NCBI GenBank assembly: GCA_964566535.1 | Contig: CAZMIO010000003.1 | Coordinates: 89,153-153,152 of the forward strand | DNA length: 64,000 nt | Direction: 5' to 3' | Origin: an uncultured Methanosarcinales archaeon | GTDB taxonomy: Archaea; Nanobdellota; Nanobdellia; Woesearchaeales; CAZOXR01 | Shown: positions 55,589 to 64,000 of the stretch, piece after piece | Position numbering within the stretch: position 1 is the first letter of the stretch | Layout of the letters: every line of letters starts with the position of its first letter | Program-made: the position numbers and the translations under genes | Notes under the pieces: model-generated | What the model was told of the DNA's origin: nothing | Seen by the model: the letters and a program-made list of their open reading frames with translations, nothing else | Database searches by the model: none

Positions 55589-56986
55589 ATGGAGCTTAAA
55601 TCTGGAGATAATGTTGTAATAGCTGGTGGTGGACCTGCTGGTAGTTTAGCAGCTATCATTCTCATGGATCATGCTAGTACAATGGACCTTCCCCTAGAAG
55701 TAACAGTCCTCGAAAAAAAAGATTTTGATAAACAAGGTCATGGAGGATGCAATTCTTGTGCTGGAGTAGTTTCTACCCAATTAGTTGATGATTTATCCAA
55801 AATGGGGATCCACATCCCTGAACATGTAATTCAAAGATATATTGACGGTTACACTGTCGAAACACCTAGGGAATCTTTATCTATGACAGATGCTAATGAG
55901 CATATTGTTACAGTATTTAGAGGAAATGGACCTGGACGTGCAAGTTATGACGAATCTGTAAGTTTTGATGGATTTTCAAAAAGTGAAGCAGAAAAAAGAG
56001 GAGCTCAGTTCGTAAATACAACTGTAACCTCAATAACACCTCCCAAATCTTTAGAAGAAAGAGTAGCAATTACTACAAAGGTTTCAGCAAAAGAAGGTGA
56101 AGTTGTTTATGAAGCTGACCTTCTTATTGGAGCTCTTGGAATGCCTGGAGTAAAAATCTTTGAAGATGCAGGTTTTGGTTACAAGAAAGCAAGAACTGTT
56201 AGACTTGCTCAAACTGAAATTGCAATGGATCCAGAAACAATAGGGGATATATTTGGGAAACACGTTCATGTTTACTACCTTGATATTCCTGGAATCTGGC
56301 ATGCTGCAATTACTCCAAAAAGAGAATACATAACTGTCTCAATTTTAAGTTCAGGCAATTCATCCAGAGAAACCTCTCGCTCCTTAAGACAAAAATTAGA
56401 TCAATTTCTTAATCATGATGCAATAACAAGGAAAGTCACAGATAGACTACCAGACGATCAAGCAATTGCCGATGCTTTAGAACGGGGGATGGTACTAGAA
56501 CCAAGTTGTTTTTGTGCTCCAGAAATGCCCTACAAAGATTCAGTTAATCCTTATGGGGATAGAATTGCCATTATAGGGGATGCAGCATATTCAAGATTAT
56601 TCAAAAACGGCGTTGAGTCCGCTTTTACAACAGCTGAAATGGCAGTAAAAGCAGCACTAGATCATGGAGTATCAAGAGAAGAATTAAAAGCGCATTATCA
56701 TGAACCAGCAGCTAGGAGATTTAATGATGATAACCGATATGGTAGGGCCCTTTTTAGAATTGGGGGTTACTCATCAAGAGTTAGAGGGATGGTTGATTCC
56801 CACCTTAGGGTTGCTCAAACTGACTCAGATAATGGAAGAAGATTAAAAGACATGTACTGGTCAATGTCTACTGCTGGTAAGCCCTATAGAGATATTTTTG
56901 CAGATGTATTACACCCGGGTCTTTTAATGGAAATAGGCATTGCCTCAGTAAGAGGTGTAGTACCAGCTTATGTTAGAAGAAGATAA
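55589..56986 (+). CDS. FAD-dependent oxidoreductase (geranylgeranyl-reductase / flavin monooxygenase-like; non-host composition)
   Basis: The N-terminal VVIAGGGPAGSLAA is a dinucleotide-binding motif. It is 465 aa. Confidence 0.5.
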   Translation: MELKSGDNVVIAGGGPAGSLAAIILMDHASTMDLPLEVTVLEKKDFDKQGHGGCNSCAGVVSTQLVDDLSKMGIHIPEHVIQRYIDGYTVETPRESLSMTDANEHIVTVFRGNGPGRASYDESVSFDGFSKSEAEKRGAQFVNTTVTSITPPKSLEERVAITTKVSAKEGEVVYEADLLIGALGMPGVKIFEDAGFGYKKARTVRLAQTEIAMDPETIGDIFGKHVHVYYLDIPGIWHAAITPKREYITVSILSSGNSSRETSRSLRQKLDQFLNHDAITRKVTDRLPDDQAIADALERGMVLEPSCFCAPEMPYKDSVNPYGDRIAIIGDAAYSRLFKNGVESAFTTAEMAVKAALDHGVSREELKAHYHEPAARRFNDDNRYGRALFRIGGYSSRVRGMVDSHLRVAQTDSDNGRRLKDMYWSMSTAGKPYRDIFADVLHPGLLMEIGIASVRGVVPAYVRRR

Positions 56987-57072
56987 ATAATCTATTCCTA
57001 AAACCAAACATACACTCCAAACTATATGTTAAATCAATACCTTTTTATACCACCACATTAACCAAAACTTCA

Positions 57073-57618
57073 ATGGAAAACAAAAAAAATTACATCAAAG
57101 GAATGGTTTTTGCAGCGTTATTCGCAGCATTAACAGCAGCAGTTTCTCCAATCAAAATTCCGTTAGGATTCACACCAGTCCCAATCACATTACAAACATT
57201 GATGGTACTTTTAGCAGGAGCGCTACTAGGAGCTAACCTAGGAGCTTTATCTCAATTTCTATATGTATTAGTTGGAGCATTAGGATTACCAGTATTTGCA
57301 GGTGGCGGCTCAGGTTTTGGAGCTTTATTCGGACCAACCGGCGGTTATCTTTTCGGTTTCATTGCAGCAGCTTATGCAGTAGGAAAACTAGTTGAAAAAA
57401 CAAAAAAACCTTCTCTAGTACAAATAATCATAGCAATGGTTGTTGGATCATTAGTAATATATGTGTTCGGGGTAACTGGAGCAATAGTCGTAACAGGAAG
57501 ACCTTTAACTGAAATTCTAATTGGATGGGTTCTACCCTTCCTTATTGGAGATACAGTAAAACTAATTGCAGCAGCACTAATAGCAAGAAAAGTAGATATG
57601 AGTAGATATCTCCAATAA
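57073..57618 (+). CDS. bioY: biotin ECF transporter S component
   Basis: It is about 180 aa with six TM helices and a Gly-rich core (GGSGFGALFGPTGGYLFGF) typical of BioY. Confidence 0.8.
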   Translation: MENKKNYIKGMVFAALFAALTAAVSPIKIPLGFTPVPITLQTLMVLLAGALLGANLGALSQFLYVLVGALGLPVFAGGGSGFGALFGPTGGYLFGFIAAAYAVGKLVEKTKKPSLVQIIIAMVVGSLVIYVFGVTGAIVVTGRPLTEILIGWVLPFLIGDTVKLIAAALIARKVDMSRYLQ

Positions 57619-57631
57619 TTCTACTAATAGA

Positions 57632-58330
57632 ATGATACAAATATCCAATATCAGCTATAAGTATGAAGACGCATTAATTCTAAAAGATATTAACCTAAAT
57701 ATAAAAGAAAAAGATTTCTTAGCAATCATAGGCCACAACGGCTCAGGTAAAACAACCCTAATAAAACACATCAACGGACTATTAACACCATTAAAAGGAA
57801 CCGTAACAGTAGATAACCTAAACACAAAAAACAACGATTGGGAAATCAAACAAAAAGTGGGAATAGTCTTCCAAAACCCAGAAGACCAACTAATTAGTTC
57901 TATTGTTGAAGAAGACATTGCATTTGGACTAGAAAATCTAAACATACCTTCAAATGAAATTCAAGATAAAGTAAAAAACATCCTAAAAAAGCTAAACATA
58001 GAACACTTAGCCAAAAAAAACGTAAATAATCTTTCTTTTGGTCAAAAACAACTCGTAGCACTAGCAGGAGTCTTAGTGATGAGGCCAAAATACATAATCT
58101 TTGACGAACCAACAACCGTTCTTGACCCCAAAAACAAATCAAACATCTTAAAAACAATGGACGAGTTAAACAAAGAAGGAATTACAATCATCTTAATCAC
58201 AAACAACTTAGCTGACATTGAAAAATACGTAAAAGATATCGTTCTACTTAAAAAAGGAGAAATAATCTTCAACAACAAAAAAGAAAAGCTTACCAAGGAT
58301 ATACTAAAAGAGGCTGATATGCATGAATAG
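57632..58330 (+). CDS. ECF transporter ATPase component (EcfA/CbiO)
   Basis: It has Walker A GHNGSGKTT, the ABC signature LSFGQKQ and Walker B IIFDEPT. Confidence 0.8.
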   Translation: MIQISNISYKYEDALILKDINLNIKEKDFLAIIGHNGSGKTTLIKHINGLLTPLKGTVTVDNLNTKNNDWEIKQKVGIVFQNPEDQLISSIVEEDIAFGLENLNIPSNEIQDKVKNILKKLNIEHLAKKNVNNLSFGQKQLVALAGVLVMRPKYIIFDEPTTVLDPKNKSNILKTMDELNKEGITIILITNNLADIEKYVKDIVLLKKGEIIFNNKKEKLTKDILKEADMHE

Positions 58331-59042
58331 TCTATTCGGCCAATACCAATACAAAAACACATTCATACATAGATTAGACCCAAGAATAAAAATAATTCTC
58401 GTCTTATTCACAAGTATGTTACTATTCTCATTAAAAACTTACACATCTTTCATTATAATCACTGTTTTAATCTCAACATTGTTAATCATCTCAAAAATAA
58501 ACATAACTACATTACTAAAAAACCTAAGACCGTTCTTATTCTTCTTCACTTTTATTTTCCTAATGTATTTTTTCTTCTCAAGAGAAGAATTAGCTAAAGG
58601 AATATTGACAATCTGGAGATTTGTACTACTTATCCTAACCTCATCAATACTAACATTCACAACCTCCATAAGCAATATGGTCTACGCAATTGAAAAACTA
58701 GGAAGGCCATTAAAAATAATAAAAGTCAGTCCAAGAAACATAGCAGTGATGTTATCAATAACAATAAGATTCATACCATTACTATTCACAGAAGCAAATA
58801 TAGTCAGAGACGCACAAAAATCAAGAGGGGCAGATCTTAAAAAACCAAAACACATCATAGGCTTCGTAAATGCTTTACTAAGAAAAACATTTAATAAAGC
58901 CTCTACTTTAGCAGATTCAATGGAATCAAGATGTTATAGGGATTATAGTTACTCTCATTTTAAAGAATTAAAACTAACAACAAAAGATATCGTATCTTTT
59001 GCCATCATCATAACTTTATTCGGTGCTTTAATATGGGTATAG
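58323..59042 (+). CDS. ECF transporter transmembrane component (EcfT/CbiQ)
   Basis: It is 239 aa and polytopic, with the conserved ARG motif region (AQKSRGAD). It overlaps the ecfA 3' end. Confidence 0.7.
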   Translation: MNSLFGQYQYKNTFIHRLDPRIKIILVLFTSMLLFSLKTYTSFIIITVLISTLLIISKINITTLLKNLRPFLFFFTFIFLMYFFFSREELAKGILTIWRFVLLILTSSILTFTTSISNMVYAIEKLGRPLKIIKVSPRNIAVMLSITIRFIPLLFTEANIVRDAQKSRGADLKKPKHIIGFVNALLRKTFNKASTLADSMESRCYRDYSYSHFKELKLTTKDIVSFAIIITLFGALIWV

Positions 59043-59293
59043 ACGAAGACTTCGGAGAAGACATACTGGTTAAAGTAATCAGCGTTAAAGGAAAATGCGA
59101 ATATGGTCACCATAAAGGCCACAAATTCCCTCATCCCTTCCTTGGCTTATGCCCTTACGCACAACATACTTTATGGCCCTACATTACTGCAAAAAGATTT
59201 GGCGGAAAAATACCTTGGGAGAAAAACAATAAACTAAAAATCAGCTGCCCAAACCCAGATGACTTAGTAGTTTTCGAATTAAGCATAAAATGA
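59033..59293 (+). CDS. small Cys/His-rich protein (TIGR04076-like?)
   Basis: It is 86 aa. The motifs CEYGHHKGHKF and CPYAQH suggest metal binding. Confidence 0.35.
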   Translation: MGIDEDFGEDILVKVISVKGKCEYGHHKGHKFPHPFLGLCPYAQHTLWPYITAKRFGGKIPWEKNNKLKISCPNPDDLVVFELSIK

Positions 59294-59652
59294 ACCTAAG
59301 AGCACATCATCTTCTCTGTAAGAAATACTTTCAAGGCAAAGGTTATAGTGATGAATTCGTTAAAAACTACTACGAAGTTCTAAAACAACTAAACTCAAAC
59401 CCAACAATAAGAGTAACCAACTCACCAGACATCCTCTGCAGCAAATGTCCACATCTCAACAACAACAAATGCTCAAAAAAACCAGATTCCGAAATAAAAG
59501 TTAGCAAAAAAGACACCAAAATAATAAACATTCTTAAACTAAAACCAAACCAAGAAATAAAAGTAAACGAAGCAGACGAATTAGTTAACCTTAATCTAAA
59601 CGAATTAAAAGAACTCTGCAAAAACTGTGAATGGAAAGAGTATTGTAAATAA
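59290..59652 (+). CDS. DUF1284-like Cys-rich protein
   Basis: The N-terminal LRAHHLLC, plus CSKCPHLNNNKC and the C-terminal CKNCEW..C, match the LRPHHLLC-type DUF1284. Confidence 0.5.
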   Translation: MNLRAHHLLCKKYFQGKGYSDEFVKNYYEVLKQLNSNPTIRVTNSPDILCSKCPHLNNNKCSKKPDSEIKVSKKDTKIINILKLKPNQEIKVNEADELVNLNLNELKELCKNCEWKEYCK

Positions 59653-59693
59653 CTTTTTATTTAAGCTATGTTCTTATATTCTAAGCTAAAAAG

Positions 59694-60875
59694 ATGGGAA
59701 ACGCTATTTATCTATCAAATAGACATTTTGTACCTGACCACCCCATAGAACAATTAGCAGTTTTAGACAGCCTCAACCTCAGAAAACCAGGCCATGCTGA
59801 ATATTTCATTGAAACTCACTTCGGAGAAAAAGGTGTTTCAACAACTACAGAAAAGAGTACCAGAACAAGAGAAGAAATTGCTGCCATCTACTGCGGTGAC
59901 CCAGATATAAGAAATATTTACTGGCGCTATCTTAATCTAACATTAGCACGAGCCAAAGACGAAGTAGCAGAACAACTACAACCCCACCAAAGAAAATTAT
60001 ACTTTGATCGTGAACGAGACGCTGCAAGAGAAAGGGAATCGGAAGGTCCATCTGTACAAAGACTAAATGATTTAGTTGAAAATACACTTGGGGGATATCT
60101 ACCAAGAACTGAATTAGAAGAAAGGACTGAATCTAGAGAGTTTAGAGCATGGACATATGAAGCTGCCAGGCCCTACCTCCCAGGGGATTATTATGAATTT
60201 TGGGATGACAAACAGGGTTATAAGGATAAACTCAATGCCATTGACTTAAATGATCCAGATGAACTATATCTATTTGTCAGGAACCTGTTAGGCATAACAG
60301 TAACTAGAGCAGAAATAGATCACTTAATGACTGATGATACAAGAGATAAAATACTAGACTTAACTGCAGAATGTAGAACTGATTTCGTAGAATTTCAAAA
60401 ATACCAAACAGTCGATGATGATGGGTCCTTTATATCTCAAATGAGAAAATGGAATCCTTATGCATTTTGGGACGGGAATGTTTGGGATAGGTTAGATGGC
60501 AGACATATAGATTCAGAAGGGGATGTTCGAAAAGCATCAGCCATAATGAGAGGTTTATTTCGTTTTCATGGTTCCAACAGAAAATTGCTTTATAAAGATC
60601 CACGGAACGGAGATATGAGAGTTAGAGTAGAAAAATACCCTCAAATGAAAAATCTCAGAGAAGCTAACGAACTTTGTGATTACACTGATTACCAATTAGA
60701 GGTTATTTTAGAAGCCCCAATTAGAGGAATAGATAAACTATTCTTAATAGTTGATTTTGACAAGGAAATGGAGGAAAGAGATCAACAAGAGATACTAAAT
60801 AACCTCCATGCACTATATGCAAGAGACTTTGAATTAAGAAGGAGAAGTTTTAAGCAAAGAAGAAGACCATTGTAA
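59694..60875 (+). CDS. hypothetical protein (non-host composition)
   Basis: It is 393 aa, Arg/Asp/Glu-rich with low Lys. No motif was recognised. Confidence 0.35.
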   Translation: MGNAIYLSNRHFVPDHPIEQLAVLDSLNLRKPGHAEYFIETHFGEKGVSTTTEKSTRTREEIAAIYCGDPDIRNIYWRYLNLTLARAKDEVAEQLQPHQRKLYFDRERDAARERESEGPSVQRLNDLVENTLGGYLPRTELEERTESREFRAWTYEAARPYLPGDYYEFWDDKQGYKDKLNAIDLNDPDELYLFVRNLLGITVTRAEIDHLMTDDTRDKILDLTAECRTDFVEFQKYQTVDDDGSFISQMRKWNPYAFWDGNVWDRLDGRHIDSEGDVRKASAIMRGLFRFHGSNRKLLYKDPRNGDMRVRVEKYPQMKNLREANELCDYTDYQLEVILEAPIRGIDKLFLIVDFDKEMEERDQQEILNNLHALYARDFELRRRSFKQRRRPL

Positions 60876-61240
60876 CTAAAAAGTCAAAAACAAATCAAAT
60901 ACCGAACCACAATGCGTCTTCTCAACAACCCCTTGAGTTGCTTGATCAGGAAGATAATAACTACTACACCAAATCGGAAGAATCATCAGTATCAACAACA
61001 CAACCAAAATAATTATCACAATCAACCACTTCTTTGATATCATTATACTATACATCAACTATTTAGTTTATAATATTTTCCCTAAAAAAAGCACACTTCA
61101 CCTATAATTTAAAAAGTTAGACATATAAATAAACTCAAAGTATTCACTCTTTACAGTACATAACCCATTCCTATTTTAACAAACTTTAAATACCCACTTA
61201 AGTTAACAACCATAAACAATATTTATAGCGAGGTGCTAAA

Positions 61241-62020
61241 ATGGTAATATTTGATAAAGTTGAAGAAAAAGATGTAACAAGAGCAATTATTTCAGGTTTT
61301 GAAAAAGATCTTCTAGACCATGTTGAGAGCGACGTAATAATTGTAGGGGGAGGCCCTTCTGGTTTAACAGCAGCAAAAGTTTTAGCAGAAAAAGGCGTTA
61401 AAGTTCTAATTGTAGAAAGAAACAATTATCTAGGCGGCGGATTCTGGATTGGTGGATTCTTAATGAACAAAATTACTGTTAGGGCTCCAGGACAAAAAGT
61501 GCTTGATGAAATCGGAGTTCCATACAAAGAATATGTAAAAGGACTATATGTGGCAGACGGACCACATGCCTGCTCAAAATTAATAGCAGCAGCTTGCGAT
61601 GCAGGAGCAAAAATACTTAACATGACAAAGGTTGATGATGTAGTTATTAGGGAAAATTGTGTTGCAGGAGTTGTTATCAACTGGACTCCAATATCAGCAT
61701 TACCTAGGGAAATAACCTGTGTTGATCCTATCGCAATACAATCAAAAGTTGTAATTGACGGAACAGGTCATGATGCAGAAGTTCTAAAAGCATTAGAGTC
61801 AAGAGGAATCCTAAAAACAAAAGGCTTTGGTGCAATGTGGGTTGAAAAATCAGAAGATGCAGTAGTTGAGCATACTGGAGAAGCATACCCTGGACTAATT
61901 GCGATGGGAATGGCTGTATCAACCTTACACGGATTGCCAAGAATGGGTCCAACATTCGGATCAATGCTTCTATCTGGAAAGAAAGCAGCAGAAGAAGCAT
62001 TAAAAATGCTTGGAAAATAA
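61241..62020 (+). CDS. thi4: thiazole synthase / ribose-1,5-bisphosphate isomerase family (Thi4)
   Basis: The FAD/NAD motif [14 protein letters not shown] is followed by ERNNYLGGG. The protein is 259 aa, and these are archaeal Thi4 hallmarks. Confidence 0.85.
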   Translation: MVIFDKVEEKDVTRAIISGFEKDLLDHVESDVIIVGGGPSGLTAAKVLAEKGVKVLIVERNNYLGGGFWIGGFLMNKITVRAPGQKVLDEIGVPYKEYVKGLYVADGPHACSKLIAAACDAGAKILNMTKVDDVVIRENCVAGVVINWTPISALPREITCVDPIAIQSKVVIDGTGHDAEVLKALESRGILKTKGFGAMWVEKSEDAVVEHTGEAYPGLIAMGMAVSTLHGLPRMGPTFGSMLLSGKKAAEEALKMLGK

Positions 62021-62043
62021 TTTTTTATTTTTTTATCTAATTT

Positions 62044-63315
62044 CTACAAACCCCAAGGCTTCAAAACCCTTCTCAAAGTTTCCTTACCTTGCATATAAGC
62101 TAAGAAAACCCCATAATTAGTAATTGGAACTCCAACCGACTCCAAATCACGAAGCCGAGCAGCAAGCTTCTGACTATCTATCATACACCCACCACAATGA
62201 ATTATTAATTTATATTTAGAAATATCTTTCTTATCTCTAAACTCCCTCCCAAATGCATACTCCACTTCCACCCCAGAATATTTCTTCTTAATAAAGTTAG
62301 GTATCTGCACCGTTCCAATATCTTCAGCAATCCTAGAATGGTTGCAAGCCTCCGTAATCAATATCTTATCTCCCTCACATAAATCATCCATCGCCTTGAT
62401 TCCATCAGCAAACAACGTAAGCTTCCCCTTACTCATAAAGTTAATCATCATAATAGAAAAAGTAGTAACATCATACTCGGGAGGCGTCCAAGGATCAATA
62501 ATATCAATTGCTTGTGAATCAGTAACTATACACTTAATCTTCTTCTCCTTCAAACCATCAAGAACCTTAAGATACCTCTCTTTCTCTAAAACATCTCCTG
62601 CACGAGCCTTACCCAAATCCATCCTAAATGAAACAGGATAAGCAAAGTTCCGAGTAATATACTCCTCAGCCATCAATTGAGGTCTCAAGTATCTCCCAGG
62701 CGGAGTCTCTGCATCCATAGGAATATTCAACAAATAGTATTCATCCCTCACAACAAAAGGAAGTAATTCCAATTTCTTATTCTTAGATGTAAAATTCTCA
62801 AGAATAAAATTCAATAACCGAGCTCTATCATTTTCATCAACAGCTTTTAATTTTATTTTTTTTATAAAGTTATTTTCAATGATATTTTTTCCAATGGAAT
62901 TTAAGTCAATTTCATTATCATTAAAAATATTATAAACAATAAATATTTGCTTATCATATTCTCTAGCCTGAGAAATAATTCCATTCTCAACCCCAAAATC
63001 AGAATCACTAGGATTTACCACCAAAAGCACTAAATCACACTCTTTAAGGTCATTCTCAGCCTTCTTCCTTTTCTTCTCACCTAATTCTCCACTTTCATCC
63101 ATCCCAGCAGTATCAAATAACTTTACAGGACCCATTCCATGAATCTCACATAAAGTAATTTTAGTATCAGCAGTCGTCCCAGGCGTAACATCAACAATAG
63201 AACATTCCTGCTGAGTCAAAAGATTCATCAAACTACTTTTACCAGAATTAACCTTCCCAAATATCCCAATATTATCTCTTTGGATCACCATAACCATCCC
63301 CCATTCTCCTACCAA
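62044..63315 (-). CDS. hydF: [FeFe]-hydrogenase maturase GTPase HydF
   Basis: It has the N-terminal GTPase motifs (GKVNSGKSSLMN, DTAG). The C-terminal CNH...(46 aa)...HCGGC matches the HydF CxHx44-53HCxxC [4Fe-4S] motif. Confidence 0.7.
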   Translation of the reverse strand: MVGEWGMVMVIQRDNIGIFGKVNSGKSSLMNLLTQQECSIVDVTPGTTADTKITLCEIHGMGPVKLFDTAGMDESGELGEKKRKKAENDLKECDLVLLVVNPSDSDFGVENGIISQAREYDKQIFIVYNIFNDNEIDLNSIGKNIIENNFIKKIKLKAVDENDRARLLNFILENFTSKNKKLELLPFVVRDEYYLLNIPMDAETPPGRYLRPQLMAEEYITRNFAYPVSFRMDLGKARAGDVLEKERYLKVLDGLKEKKIKCIVTDSQAIDIIDPWTPPEYDVTTFSIMMINFMSKGKLTLFADGIKAMDDLCEGDKILITEACNHSRIAEDIGTVQIPNFIKKKYSGVEVEYAFGREFRDKKDISKYKLIIHCGGCMIDSQKLAARLRDLESVGVPITNYGVFLAYMQGKETLRRVLKPWGL

Positions 63316-64000
63316 CCGACCTCACAACTCTCGTAACACAACCAGCACAATCAATAGGATTCTCATAAATGCAAACTTTGTCAGGATACAACTGATAAAA
63401 TTCCCTATATTTCATTGGAGTAATATTCGGCATCAATAAATTAGCACCAGACTGCAATGCCTTCTCCCTACCATCGCTAGGATTCAAAGTTTGCAAAGCA
63501 GTTGTAGCAGAAATAAAAATATCCTTACATACCAATCTAGTAACAGCAATCATTTTCAAACTCATATCAAAACTCCCATCCTTCTCTCCAACTAAAGGAG
63601 TTTCAGGATGGCAAATATATGGCCCCATCCCAGCCATGTTAATTCCTAATTCTTCATAAAGCAAAATATCATCAGCTAAATCAGAAACTGTTTGACCAGG
63701 CAACCCAATCATCGGACCAGTTCCAACTTGATAACCAACCTCTTTCAACTTCTTAATCAACAAAAGCCTCTCATCAAAAGAATTCTTAGTAGCAGAACCA
63801 GCAGGATGCAAACTCTCAAACAATTCCTTATTAGAAGTCTCAAACCTTATCAAACATCTTTTAGCACCAGCAGAAAAAAACTTCTTATACTCCTCAACCG
63901 ACCTCTCACCCAAACTCAAAGCAACCCTACAATCACACTTCTCCAAAATCTTCTTAATCAACCCTTCAATCACTTCAGCAGAATAATAATCATCCTCACC
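63272..64000 (-). CDS. hydE: radical-SAM maturase, HydE/BioB-like, 5'-truncated by the window edge
   Basis: The C-terminal two-thirds of a BioB/HydE-type TIM barrel are present (...GYQVGTGPMIGLPGQT...GMGPYICHPETPL). It overlaps the HydF start, and its N-terminal CxxxCxxC lies beyond nt 64000. Confidence 0.55.
   Translation of the reverse strand, partial: GEDDYYSAEVIEGLIKKILEKCDCRVALSLGERSVEEYKKFFSAGAKRCLIRFETSNKELFESLHPAGSATKNSFDERLLLIKKLKEVGYQVGTGPMIGLPGQTVSDLADDILLYEELGINMAGMGPYICHPETPLVGEKDGSFDMSLKMIAVTRLVCKDIFISATTALQTLNPSDGREKALQSGANLLMPNITPMKYREFYQLYPDKVCIYENPIDCAGCVTRVVRSVGRRMGDGYGDPKR

Noticed and set aside
57655-58362. Three minus-strand ORFs (57655-57945, 57900-58157, 58042-58362) across ecfA.
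   Set aside because: They are antisense to an ABC ATPase with intact Walker A, Walker B and signature motifs.
1-64000. Looked for transposase, integrase or recombinase genes, terminal inverted repeats and direct repeats flanking the foreign-composition ORFs.
   Set aside because: No transposase, integrase or recombinase-like motif and no obvious flanking repeats were seen by eye. Mobile-element status of the atypical ORFs therefore remains unsupported.

Overview
This is a gene-dense, AT-rich window that I read as archaeal and DPANN-like: lysine-rich proteins, short intergenic gaps and many start/stop overlaps. The archaeal call rests on L30e(partial)-NusA, L44e, S27e-aIF2alpha-Nop10-PAC2, aIF5B followed by a Nip7-like gene, and a complete A1AO ATP synthase operon (atpH-I-K-E-C-F-A-B-D). 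The most striking feature is atpK (34545-37916), a 1123-aa proteolipid made of 13 tandem c-subunit hairpins (about 81 aa or 243 nt each), i.e. a whole c-ring in one polypeptide. Twelve of the 13 hairpins keep the P-E-T-Q..Y carboxylate motif and the first carries Gln instead of Glu. The repeat units are nearly identical at the DNA level. Metabolic content includes enolase and a PGM-like histidine phosphatase; DUF1015 followed by a class-V aminotransferase and PGDH, which looks like a serine-biosynthesis operon; and a partial TCA set (citrate synthase, IDH-family, aconitase, SucCD and a 4-subunit 2-oxoacid:ferredoxin oxidoreductase with a GNAT-gamma fusion). It also carries CysE/CysK, a BioY-EcfA-EcfT biotin ECF transporter, Thi4, and the [FeFe]-hydrogenase maturases HydF and HydE (HydE runs off the window end). 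Three bacterial-type MEP isoprenoid genes (dxs, ispG, dxr) sit among the archaeal genes, which is unexpected. Interspersed are about 13 ORFs whose amino-acid composition is clearly non-host (low Lys; Arg/Asp/Gly/Pro-rich) yet written in AT-rich codons. One is an HD-domain (RelA/SpoT-like) cassette, one is translationally coupled to ispG, and four form an island at 52.8-57.0 kb (a beta-rich protein, a lipoprotein-like protein, an extended SDR epimerase and an FAD oxidoreductase). I saw no rRNA, convincing tRNA, CRISPR array or transposase/integrase. All functional calls are from motif recognition by eye and need HMM/BLAST confirmation.
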